A stretch of DNA of 64,000 nucleotides from Takakia lepidozioides (lineage: Eukaryota > Plantae > Bryophyta). Location of the stretch: assembly GCA_030704615.1 (NCBI GenBank), contig CM060732.1:11842001-11906000 (forward strand), written 5' to 3'. The position numbers and the translations under genes were made by a program. The notes beneath the pieces are model-generated. The model did no database searches, was not told the DNA's origin, and was given only the letters and a program-made list of their open reading frames with translations. Within the stretch, counting starts at the first letter, position 1. Each line of letters starts with the position of its first letter. Shown piece by piece: positions 39,501 to 51,000 of this stretch.

Positions 39501-42500
39501 CCAAAATGATGCATCATTTACGAGGCAAAAGCACTGGCCAAGAAACCTAGTGTTGGGATTTGCTTGCTATGACCACTACAGCAACCAACAAGTGCCTGAC
39601 TCTGCAGCTTGGATAGTCTTCACACATATAGACTTGGTAAACTGTTCCCCCAAATGAAAATTGAACATTTCAATTGCTTTTACAATTTTTTATTTGATTC
39701 TCCAACATGCACCTCTAAAGTAGACTTAGTTCACTGTCAAGAGACAAAGCTCACCTGGTGGTCCCAACCAGCACTGGACGACACTCAGTATACATAAACC
39801 TCACTTCTTGCCTCACTCTCTCCCACTTGCCTCTTGTGGTCTGCACAGAAAATTTGCAAAAGAGATTCAAAGCTTGCTCTACAGAGGGACCCTCAACCAG
39901 AACCCTTTGTGGGACACATCCTGAATAACTGGACATCACTCACCCTTGAGAAAGATCCCTCTAAAAATTCTGCATTGAAGCCCACAAAAGACAACCTTTT
40001 AACACTCACAGCCTGGCAAAAGATTTTCTGGCTATAATTCAGCACTTTGACCTGTGACAAGGTCAAATATGTTTCTCACCATCAAAATGGACTGCACTCT
40101 TGACATTGGTGACTAAATACTAAAAGGCTTTCCCTGAAAGGTGTTGCAGGGTTCTCTTTGCACCCATGGTGTATACAAGTGGTCAGGTTCGGTTGCATCA
40201 TTACAGATCTAGTCTTGAGACAGACCAAAATCCACCATCCATCTCCATCAGCCTGCTTTAGTCATACAAACTTAGCGCACCATTATACCAAGCTCAAAGA
40301 AACTAACAACAAATTGCCAGCAGATTAAAGTGTGACTTAATGTCAGTGATACATACAGGAAACAACTGAAGTGGGAAGTCCTGGCGAATGTTGGGCAAGT
40401 TGGTTGGGACTTCCACCACAGGCATTTTGAACATTTTCAAAAATTCAGCTTCCTGCATCAATCCATTTCCAGAAGACTGTTGTGAATGGTTATAACCTAT
40501 GATGATATGGGGACAACTCAGTGCAAGGAGACCATACTGTGGACACGACCACCAGGAGGCGGTATCAAATAGAAGCAAGAAGCAATCTCCAACACAAGAC
40601 ACGAGTCCTACACATTACCGAGAAACGACTCATCTACAAAACACCTCACCCTTCACCCCAACAATTAACTATCCATTCTTTCCTCATCATCTGCTGCTGA
40701 AAACCAAATCCATAACAACTGCATTAAGTCTCTTCCACCATGGGAAAATCCAATAAGCTCGAACAGTAGCAACTAATATAAGACCTTTGAAACCAAAGCA
40801 TCATTCAACACAAAGGGACATGGAACATATCCTCAGGGAAGACCCCTTCAAATGTTGCTCCAAGAACGTACCTCAGTTTTGGCAGTGCCAGTCATACCAG
40901 AGAGTTTAGGATAGAGCTTGAAGAAGGACTGGTATGTAATCTGTGCCACAGTCACTGCATTCGCCTGTTCACAGGTCAGGCACCAAACTTTCAGTAAGTG
41001 AATGGTTTTCTGAGATCTCATTTTCAAAAACCAATGCTGAAGCCAGTACTTTGAGACAACGTCGTGACAAAGAGATTGTTTAAAAAAGCTGTAGCAAACC
41101 AAATAAACAGCCTCTGACAACTAAAGGGGAGAGATCAGCACTGAATGAAGAATTTCAACTCAAACATACTTGAATTTGAACACCCTCCTTCGCCTCCACT
41201 GCTTGATGGATTCCATCTGACCATCGCCTGTTTTCAACCACCCTTCCCGTGAACTGCATACAGAGATTGCAATTCACAGTCAGACTTGCTACCACCTGCC
41301 ACAGGGAAACTGAAACATGTAACAGATCTGCACTCTCCATGACAGACCAGACCAATCTATGATATCATATCTCCACCTTTAAAATAAAAAATATGTGCAA
41401 AGCTTTAATAGACAGCCAGAGTTGCATTGTTACATCCGTCCAGGAATTAGGTGAACTTCACCATCATGAAGTCTCAATTTTACACAGCATCTATTACATG
41501 CGTACGCATGGTTTTTCTCTTAGCCAAGTGTGAGAAATTTGATTTGACACCACAAGTCTTTTCTGTTTCCTCGGTCTGCTCCTCCCCTCACACCCAACTA
41601 CAAACACTTTTGAAAGTGTTGGGAGAAGAGAGAAGAAGCAAGCCTCACCAACCTCATCAACAATCTGAACCTGGCCATTCTTGACTATATATTGCACATC
41701 CCGCTGATGAAACTCTTTTGCCTTCAATGCCGTTACCACAAACCTGCACCAACATTGAAGAACATGGAGTATTGAAATTCGAAAAAGGCAATGTTTCTAA
41801 GTCTTGATAATGCCAGCTCCACAACCCTTGCACAAAAGAATGCTGGTGAACCTTGGCCTCTTGCCCATGGGTAGAATTGCCAGAGAGGTACTATCTTTCA
41901 TCATCTCCTTGGAGCAGGTAGTCTTCCAAATGTCTGACCAGTTAGTTTCACACTGGAAGCAGGCTCTACTGTGGAGAGAGACAATCTAGTGGTGGAGGGA
42001 AATTCAGAAAGGGGACGTCATATGTCCTCCTTGAGCAGTATTAATGTTGCAAAACCACTCCTCATTCCACTCCTTCAAAAGAAAGCCACAACGCCAGAGA
42101 AAATTATTGCGAAAACTTTTCTGCCCGCAAGTGGGTTGCAACTGATGAAGCCTTGTAAGCAAACCACTCTACGATTTTGAACCTGTCTGCACATCCTGTG
42201 GACATAACAAGTTGTTCTCCTTTCTCCCTCTGGTCCTCCTGTGGAAGCAATCATTTCTTGCTTTACTACTCTGACTAGCCCCTCCAGGTGCATTTTAAGA
42301 ACCCATAATTCTCCCAGCAGAACACCGAAAGAAAGAAAGGCAGGACTGGGTTGGCCATACCGAGCCCAGGGATCCTTGTCATCCCAAAGATCCTCTGTTT
42401 CTAGAGCCAGCTCCGCAGCAGCCACACCTTCCTCTGTCAACTCTACGTTCTTATCCTTCAAGTCCACCTTATAGTGCTGCATGTCAGTGATCACTGAAAT

Positions 42501-45500
42501 TCAGCCTCTGCCCTACCATCTACAAGAGGATAAATGAAAAAAAACCAAAAGGACACTCTACCCAGTGAACTTTTTAAGGTCACCGAGCATCGGGGTATGT
42601 GTTGAGATGAAACAATGCCAGGACCTACCTTGAAGGCAGGGGTTTATCCTGAGATGCTACGGTAAAGAAGGATCTGAACGAACAGAACTCATTACTTGAG
42701 TCTTATGCTACTACTTAATCACTTCACATTCTCTCTCATGATACATTATAAGCCATTCTTAAGGATATGATATTACAGTGTCCTTTATTTAAATCCAACT
42801 TTTTCTCGAGGAGTGAGCCTCAAAAGTGTTCAGCAAGGTTACAAACTCAAGCTCATAGCCAGTCCACAAAGCGATACCACATGAATCCCCAGGGGAGTTT
42901 TTGAGGCATAGTGGCTAGCCCTGCTACCACAGCATTCTCTACAACAGGGGGCATTACAGCTGGCCATACTCACTGATGGACAAGATAGTCGATTTTTACT
43001 TTATCATATCTGAGATTAAACTGCGATGCAGTTTTGTATGGTGTAAAGAAGCTATGTGCCTGAGATTTGTCCCATAAGTTGTTTGAGCTTCTTTCTGTTT
43101 CGCGGCACACCACAACATTTTTTCACTTTCTAGCAACCCAAGGATGGAGTTAGGATGCTTGTTATTTGCTTCAGACAGCAACTGCCTAGTAGAGATCTCT
43201 TACGTCAGGCAGCTGAGATAGGCTGGATGCTCTATGAAAGAAGTTATTAACAAACAAGATGCTCGAGTTGGTAAAGAGCTCATACAGCACCAGTCTACCG
43301 AGGGGCCTATCAAGAGGGTTGGGCTTTGCGTACATAATCAATCACCAGAAATTCGGCCACCTTGGCAGCAACCGGATACCGCGCTGCATCCTTGTTCGAC
43401 TGCATTGAATACAAATGCAAAGAACATCATCAGAGGGTACTGTGGTGGTGGGTCCAATGTCTTCAATTGTCTTCAACAATAACATCCAATTTGGCTGTAA
43501 TTGCAAGAGTGTTAAGTCTCTGGCATCTAGGTCAGGGCAAAGTGCAGCTTGAGAGACCGGTCCATTTGTGGCAATACTACACTACTCCTCTCTCTTGTAA
43601 CCTCTTGCTTCATGTTAACATCTTTGGTGGGGGCCCAAACAACAGCTCCATAAAATATTATGATGTAGTAAGCCTCTTGAGAGGAATAATTAAGGATCTG
43701 GACTTTGCGTAAAGGCAACAGATACAGGTGATCGAGAGGTACCTAATCTATTAATACTATATGGTAAACATCTCCACAACCATGTGAAATTGGAGTATTA
43801 AAGACCAGAGTTGCAAGCTTGCCTGGCTACTAATGAGCAGGGGGTTCCGCCCCTCATCGATCAGCACAGAGTCAACCTCATCCACAATTGCAAAAGTAAA
43901 GGGCTTGGGCCTGCAATCAGTGCCCACTTTACCATCATGACTAAGGTGAGATTTTGTGAGGCTTTCATATTAATTACAAGGACACATTCAAAGGCATCTG
44001 AAACAAAGAAAAGTGAAAGAGTACCAGCGCATGACAAGCTCTTCCTTCTTGTCAGTGATGTTATCACGAAGGTAGTCAAATCCAAGCTCCTGCACAAGAT
44101 ACCCCATCATCATCAGCTTAAGGATGATGCCATTCATTAGGTGCAGTCTCTGCAAAACAAAAAGGAGATCATCCGTCAACACTCCAACAGGCTCTTCGTG
44201 CTTCCTGTAGATGCTATAAAGTTCCATTCTTTCTTCGTTCTTTCTGTTGCTCTACTTAAACATGGGCCCCTTGTGGATGTTATTGAGTATTTTCTTTCTC
44301 CTTGTCTGGCTCTCACCAACTCTCTTTCCTTCCTTCGTGGATAAGCAGAAAAGACAAAAGACACAAAGGCGCATGACACTACGGGGAGAAAAGGGGTCAG
44401 CAAATTGACACATACCGCATTGTTGGAGTAGGTGATATCACAAGCATAGGCAGCTTTTCTATCGCGAGGGTGCAATCCTGACTGTTGCAGAAGAATAGCA
44501 GGTATTAAAAACTGCAACAGAGAGGAGACTTAACTTCCTGCCAGCTGTCAATGACAGCCAGAAACTATGATTAACTACAAAGTTCAGTTTTGTAGAAAGG
44601 AAAGAAGCCTACATGTTGAAACTCTCATCTGCACCTTGGTACATATTAAGCATTCCGATATATGGACACACCTGGATAAGCCCCACAGAAAGGCCCAGAA
44701 AGCGATGGATTTGACCCATCCATTCTGCATCTCGCTGCGCAAGATAGTCATTTACTGTTACAACTGCACACATGTTCCATGATAGGATGCTGTCAGCTGC
44801 ATGTCCAGCCTTATCAAGATTGAACGACGAGCCATTGAGCTTAACTTGAGATACTTATGCCTGTAAGAACCACAAATATTGTCTCTTTGGCAGAGATGTA
44901 GTACTCTGCAAGGACGCAGAAGCTTTCAGCTGGTCTAGTGACAGGGGAATCATATAAAGTTGACATAAATTAGATGGGTAGCTCAGCAATGGCAACCAAC
45001 ATACAGCATCATGAGACTAGAGGTGTGTACCATGAACACCTTCACCTGGTAGAGCATTGAGATAAGCTGTCCCATTACCCACCCTCAACAGTCAAACGTT
45101 TTGATTTGCGATATAACCTCCAGAAGGAGAGTAGGTCATAAAGACATAGATTCACTTTATATTTGTTGGATCTTTTCTACTTCTACTAAGTAAATTTGAA
45201 GTAAACTTATTTGCTTCGTTGCTAAATGAAGTAATTGCTTGAATGATAAAACATAGGAATAGTTTGTAATTAGTTTTAGAAGAAAAAGGAGAAGGACAAA
45301 TAACTAATTGGAAAAAAAATCTGTTCTAGAAAAAATTATAGAATATATTTCTTGGTACCTTATGTTGGAAAACCACTGGCGCGTGGTCGGGCTAGGGATT
45401 GAACCTAGGACCTCCCCCTTCCGGTGGGGTGCTCTACCATTGAGCTACCCGTCCCTTTCTGTTCTCAGAGTGCCGTGCAAGGGCTATAGCCTTGACACCT

Positions 45501-48500
45501 CCAACACTCCCCCTCAAGGCATAGCCCTTATAGCTGATGCCTACCCATTCTGACCACCGCCCCAACCTTGGCTCTGATACCATGTTGGAAAACCACTGGC
45601 GCGTGGTCGGGCTAGGGATTGAACCTAGGACCTCCCCCTTCCGGTGGGGTGCTCTACCATTGAGCTACCCGTCCCTTTCTGTTCTCAGAGTGCCGTGCAA
45701 GGGCTATAGCCTTGACACCTCCAACACCTTAGTGTGCATGAAGTGATCTAATGGGTGCCATGTGTGGGATGGGAAATTATTGGTGGATTCGGGAAAGGAA
45801 GGACGCTCAGCACACTTGGCTAATCAGGGTCTCGCCTTATATCCCAGAGGATCACAGATGCTGCATAGACTAAGGTTTCCATTTGAAAGTCACATCAACA
45901 CTAGTTCACTAGCTTTTCACACCCAATCCCGAATGGTGAAAAGGTTGAGCCTAAGCTCACCTGCTAAAGGAGACACCAGAGTTTTCCCTTCTCCAGTCTT
46001 CATCTCAGCTATGGCTCCATCGTGAAGCACAGCTCCACCAATAATCTGCCAGCATCACTGCCTGATTTCAACTAACAAAGCAGAATAAACACGCCTCTCA
46101 CATATACTGTAACCCAATGAAATGAGATTCCTCCAACCTGAGAGCTCTCATGCCACTCTAGAGCCTGAGAACTGGAGTGGTATATTCAGGGATATGAGAT
46201 TGGGCCGGACCTGCACATCAAAATGTCGCATCCCAAGAGTCCGTCTTGCTGCCTCCCGGACCACCGCAAAGGCTTCTGCAAGTTGCACATGCACAATTTT
46301 CAGACCAAGCATTGCCTAACCAAGAATTGGAAGCCAGAACATGCACAGAGAAGGAGAGAGGGCTCACCCGCTTGAATGTCATTCAGTGTCTCACCATGCT
46401 TGAGCCGCTCCCGAAATTCACCTGTCTTGAATCGCAACTGTCTCATAGCCATGAAAATATCAGCTGCTCTCTCTCTCCAAAGAGGAAGTGTGTCATGCAG
46501 GTAAGAAAAAACAAACTTTGATGTGATATTTCAACTTCCTGTTCTACTTTCCCTTTGAGCTTCCCATGGACGTTAGAAACTTTCGTTCTTTCTTTCTACC
46601 TTCCCATGGGCCCTTGAGGCCAATTTTCAACTTACAGAAGTTTCATTCAAAAGCTTCATTCTCTCTGTCTTTCTTTCATTCTTTCTTATAGAGTACCATT
46701 CCATTTCATTTCATTTCGTCTTGGTATGCTCAGGTGTGCAGTTTTTTTTTTGAACGCAATGGACTCTCTGTTGCCTCCCTATTGCCACAAAATACAGAAG
46801 GGGTGGAGCTGACGTCCAAACACGATCGTAACAGACTCATCAGAAGAGAACTTCTGGAACTCCATGTCAGGCGAACATGGAAGCCGGCCACTAACAACAA
46901 AACTCCAATTCTACCGAGAGACATTCTTAGTTCTCCATGATGATAGAATCTTGTGGTCTAATTACTTATCTGCACCTTTATGAGGGTCAAAAATGCTTGG
47001 CAGCCTACCTGCACGAGGCCTTCGTACTTGGACAATCGCTAGAACATTAGTTCTTATTCTTGGGTTCTGGTTTTGTTCCTCTCTCATGTTTTCTTCCATT
47101 TTGTCCCATAAGCTCTATGAGCTTTCCGCGGACGCTATAAAGCACCATTTCATTTCTCCCTCTCTTCTGAGGGCATTGGGGCAACTCAGGGTGGGCTCCC
47201 ACAATTTACGGATAGAGACTGGTAGATGGTAAAACTTGCAACGAGAAGACCACCTATGCCCAGCTTGCACTGGGCCCAACCGTCTGAAGAGCACTTCGTC
47301 TTTTGCTGCCTCTTTACTATGAGATCCGTGGCAGTTCTTTCTTCATTTTGGTTCTGCTGTTCTTTCTGTCTCAATCTCTTTCCCTCCTTTCTTCCTCTTC
47401 TTTCTAGTGCTATTGTTTATATGTTATGCAATTTCCTCCTACAAACTCTTCTTGGACAGTTCATCTTTCGTTCTCTTCATACTGGCAGACATTATGCAAC
47501 TTATGCACAATCTTCCACTTTACTCAATTGCCTTTAACTGGTTATTGTCAATGTGCATGAGTCCTACGGCAGTTCTGGGCTCAGTTTCAGAGCCTGATGC
47601 GTGGAAACCCCCACAAGAATTCCAGGGTGTTGGTCGTCCAAGAGGACGCCCTCAAGGATATGTCAAAATTAAAAGGGAAGGCTCAATAAGCTTAGAAGGG
47701 ACGAAGAAAAAAGGCACTGACAAACCTGTTCATCAGACAGATTCATCGTGGAGGGCTCCAGAATGTTGACAGCTTCAACCAGCTTGAAGTAGTCATGAAC
47801 CACCCAGTGATTCAAGCTCAGCATATGCCGCCAATTCTGCTTAAGATATACTGCCTTTTCCTGCCAATCACGACCTTGAATTGAGCTCCCATTACATTTA
47901 TGCTCCAAGCAAAGTAGTCCCTTAATTGCCCACCAGCCTGCTATATCTTCCATGATCTGCAGTTGCTTCTTTCAAGACAGCAGATAATGCAGAAAGATTT
48001 TTTGGTAGGCTTTATTAATACTTGTCTTTTCAGATCTCTTAGGACTAAGAACCTGCCCAGAGATCAACGTCTTCTGCTTCCCTTCTTCTTACCTGTCTTG
48101 ATGCCCTTTCCAAACTTGACAAACCAAAGAACTCTGAAGTTTAGTAATGGCCTCAACTCGTTACACTGTTGAACAGCAATTCCTCCTGACTAATGTTGGC
48201 CACTTCAAATTTATTACATCCACAGGAGCCCATGGAACACAGTCAAAACCAAAGAACAAATCAAACCCCAAACTTTGCAGGGAGTTGGACTGCCTCCCAC
48301 AGGTAAGCTCCCAAAAAGAGAACCGTCATGATTCCACAGATTGCCCAAAGAGTTTGTGGGCTCTTTGAACAGCATTTCCTTCTTCCTTGTTGCGTCATTC
48401 TTTCTCATACATCTCCAGGCCCGACATGCATCTACATGGTGTTTCTGTATTTACGTTTGGAAATCAGGGTTTAGGGTTTAGTGTTGAACTTGGCAACCTC

Positions 48501-49257
48501 TCGTTACCTGTCGTTGAAGTTCTGGTACCAGACCTTCCTTATCTGACTACTCAGTCCCTCAAGAACCCATAACTGAGGTGCACACTCACCTTCCAGGGAT
48601 GCCCGAATGTGGAGCTTTTATTGAAAAGGCTACCTAAGAATTGTGACCCACTGAACGCCAATGAGGCCACCAAATGTGAATTACTGCCGACAGAGATATA
48701 CAGAAAGTATTGATCAAACTCTTTCAATCAGCGTACTGGAGGTGACAGGATTGGGGGCCCAATCAAACGATTCTCAACAGCTTTCATGAGGAATAAAACC
48801 CCCCAAGACACAAAGGGGACAAGGAAGGAGGCAGAAAAAATTTGGAGAAAAATTTAAAACTCGTAGAACAAACACAGCCTATGTTGTCGATAGATTATGG
48901 ATGTCTGAGACGAACCTGTAGTGGAGCAATCCAACCCGGAGGAGACCGCTGCTGTTGCGTCGAGACCGAATCCATATCGAGCGCTGCCTTGCATCCACAT
49001 AGCGATCCCACATTATTGTTCCCCGCCCTCTTCATTCTCTCTCTCCCACCATTATCTAGCCTCATCTGCAGACCTGGAGAACACCAATTCTGCACCAAAT
49101 TGAGTGGCCTTCTACATATTGTGCTCCTTCTCACCACACTGTCTCCCACATGCACCGACATTCTTGAGTTTTTGGTTGTAGGTTGAGAGTCATTCCTATA
49201 ACTCAGCCCCCCTGGTACATGCGGCATTGACGCGCCTGGCCACACAACAGTCTTCAT
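33583..49257 (-). CDS. SECA2: Plastid preprotein translocase SecA2, 32 exons, ~1149 aa. Exons: 48916-49257, 47726-47956, 46368-46437, 46211-46275, 45961-46045, 45031-45066, 44672-44763, 44416-44481, 44025-44089, 43823-43910, 43334-43399, 42361-42476, 41653-41743, 41170-41253, 40872-40964, 40357-40452, 39755-39840, 39405-39483, 39108-39221, 38482-38577, 38225-38288, 37754-38046, 37044-37099, 36525-36636, 36164-36244, 35818-35897, 35440-35494, 35137-35236, 34636-34813, 34096-34219, 33892-33966, 33583-33753
   Basis: [83 protein letters not shown], and the SecA2-type C-terminus [15 protein letters not shown]. Exons sum to 3450 nt with consistent phases. The first (transit peptide) exon is the least certain. 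Confidence 0.95.
39156..39333. repeat. 89-bp tandem duplication spanning a SecA2 acceptor site and the first 66 nt of exon 19
   Basis: 39156-39244 versus 39245-39333, three substitutions. Confidence 0.95.
45363..45726 (-). mobile_element. Complete TRIM (non-autonomous miniature LTR retrotransposon) with tRNA-derived LTRs, in SecA2 intron 5
   Basis: Identical 144-bp LTRs at 45363-45506 and 45583-45726 (TGTTGGA...TCCAACA). 5-bp TSD CCTTA at 45358-45362 and 45727-45731. PBS TGGTATCAGAGCC (tRNA-iMet type) at 45570-45582. PPT TGAGGGGGAG at 45507-45516. Internal region 76 bp. Confidence 0.97.
45384..45454 (-). ncRNA. tRNA-like Pol III cassette inside the TRIM LTR (second copy 45604-45674); not a functional tRNA
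   Basis: GGACGGG-TA-GCTC AATGGTA GAGC-A-CCCC ACCGGAA GGGG-GAGGTC-CTAGG TTCAATC CCTAG-CCCGACC-A. A and B boxes, D arm and T arm intact; acceptor stem 6/7 paired; anticodon arm aberrant. Confidence 0.85.
47150..47330 (+). mobile_element. Non-LTR retrotransposon (LINE) ORF2 C-terminal fragment in SecA2 intron 2
   Basis: [18 protein letters not shown] followed by a Cys-containing segment and EEHFVFCC. Confidence 0.6.
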
Positions 49258-49822
49258 CTCTCTCTCTCTCTCTCCCTCCTCCTCTACAGATTTATGTTTC
49301 TCTGAAGAATTCCTGAGGAACCATGGCTTTGATCAGCACACGGCATAGCTCGTTGGAGAACAAAGGAAGAGAAACAACGTGCAAAGTTGAACGAACGTCG
49401 TCCATAACGACTGCAAAGTTCAGTTTGCAGATGAACGAAAGTCACGTGGAGAGTGGATGAGTGTTTCATCGATGCCATTTATTTATTTATTCCAGTGACG
49501 ACCGTTAGGTCGGAGCTGGTTTAGAATAGGCTTGTATTGTTTTTTTGGAAACTTTCAAGGTCTTAGAGGGGCTTTGCTCCAGTTATTATCGTTAGGTGTC
49601 CACCTTTGAAACAAAATGCAGTCTAAGCCCTGCATGGATCAACTAGTGATACCTGTATTAAGAAAATCAATCTATTTTTTCAAAAAAAAAAATTCTGCCC
49701 TAAGAGTTAGACGAATTATAATGTTTTGCTAGATCATTGACCAATATCCTTTGGGATATGATAGTTGAATGAGGTTATATGTCGTATTTCAATGTAATTT
49801 TTTTCTAAGAATATTAAGGGCC

Positions 49823-50492
49823 GCTTCTCATTGTTGAATAATTGGGAGTTTAAGGCTCACACGCGAGCCAGCCCACGCACGGATGTCAAGTGCCCCTAGG
49901 TGACCCCGCCGCGACCCATGACCTGGCCCAGATGGGTGTGCCGTGAGCATGGGTCTCCCGCCAAGTATGGTATGGCGCGAGACTCAGCCCGGGTGGGTCT
50001 GCCGCGAGGTAGGGTGACCCTAGGCGGCATTGGGCTGATTGCGGCTGTTTTCTAGATTAAGACATAAAAAAAATGTTGGGGTAGTAGCAAGTAGCGGGTA
50101 GTGTGGTGATTGGGTGCATTGAGTGGTACCTATGAGGATATGGGTTCAACTCTGGTTGTTCCAAATATGCATTAATGATGGTTTGGCTGGTGCTGCACGT
50201 GTATTGATGATCCTCCTTTTTATGGGCGAGTTTTCCCGCAAAAAATCCCAAGTTCCGCGAGCGGGCTGCGGCGCGACGAGCAGACCATTTAGACACGGGA
50301 GCAGACCCGACCTGCCAGCAGTGAGCAGACCCTACCCTCGAGTAGACCCGACCTGACCTGTGAGCAGACCCTGAGCAGACCCGACCTGAGCGGTCGTGGG
50401 AGCACCCGACATCCGTGCGCCCAACATCCGTGCATGGAGCCCGCTGGCTCCCACATGAGCCTTAAACTCCCAATTATTCAAAAATGAGAGGC
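49823..50492. mobile_element. MITE with ~50-bp terminal inverted repeats, possibly PIF/Harbinger-like
   Basis: gcttctcattgttgaataattgggagtttaaggctcacacgcgagccagc pairs with gctggctcccacatgagccttaaactcccaattattcaaaaatgagaggc. Internal inverted gcacggatg/catccgtgc motifs and repeated gcagaccc motifs. Confidence 0.8.
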
Positions 50493-50508
50493 TTTTATTA
50501 CGCCCCCA

Positions 50509-51000
50509 CTAGGGTAGCATGTGCCGTTGGCCCAAGTGTCCAACTTATCATCTAAGTCCAAGTGCAATCTCCATGTATCCAAGTGCGTCTCATATGTCCA
50601 GGCCCAAGTGCGACCTCTAGGGTAGCCTGTGCCTTTGGCCCAACTGTCCAATGTTATCTATGTCCAAATGCATCAATACATGAAGCAAGCTATATCTAAT
50701 CATTTTTTTCCCATAGAGCCTACGACCAGATTTGAACCGGAGACCTTCCCTTGATATCTCTCCTGTCAAGTCTCCAACCATTGTCCCATGAATGCCCACT
50801 TTGCTATTTTTCGTGAATTTCCAACGACCCAAAGTACTTGAAATTCCACATCTCCTACACCGCAGGTCCAAAAATCATGAGACCAAGCCCGTGCACCCCT
50901 CCTCGTTGAGGGCTTTCCAACGGTACCAAGCACCAGGGCTGGGCCCCGCAGTTTGGGACATCTCAACTCTACAAAACAAATGTCCCGCTTCATATATTGA
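50509..51000 (-). mobile_element. Non-autonomous Helitron
   Basis: Minus strand starts A|TCAATATATGAAG and ends in an imperfect hairpin TGGGCC-AAC-GGCACA, then CTAG|T. No TSD. A second 3'-end copy lies at 50617. Confidence 0.7.

Noticed and set aside
45384-45674. Two tandem functional tRNA genes
   Set aside because: The anticodon arm is one nt short and lacks U33, the acceptor stem has a mismatch, and both copies lie inside LTRs
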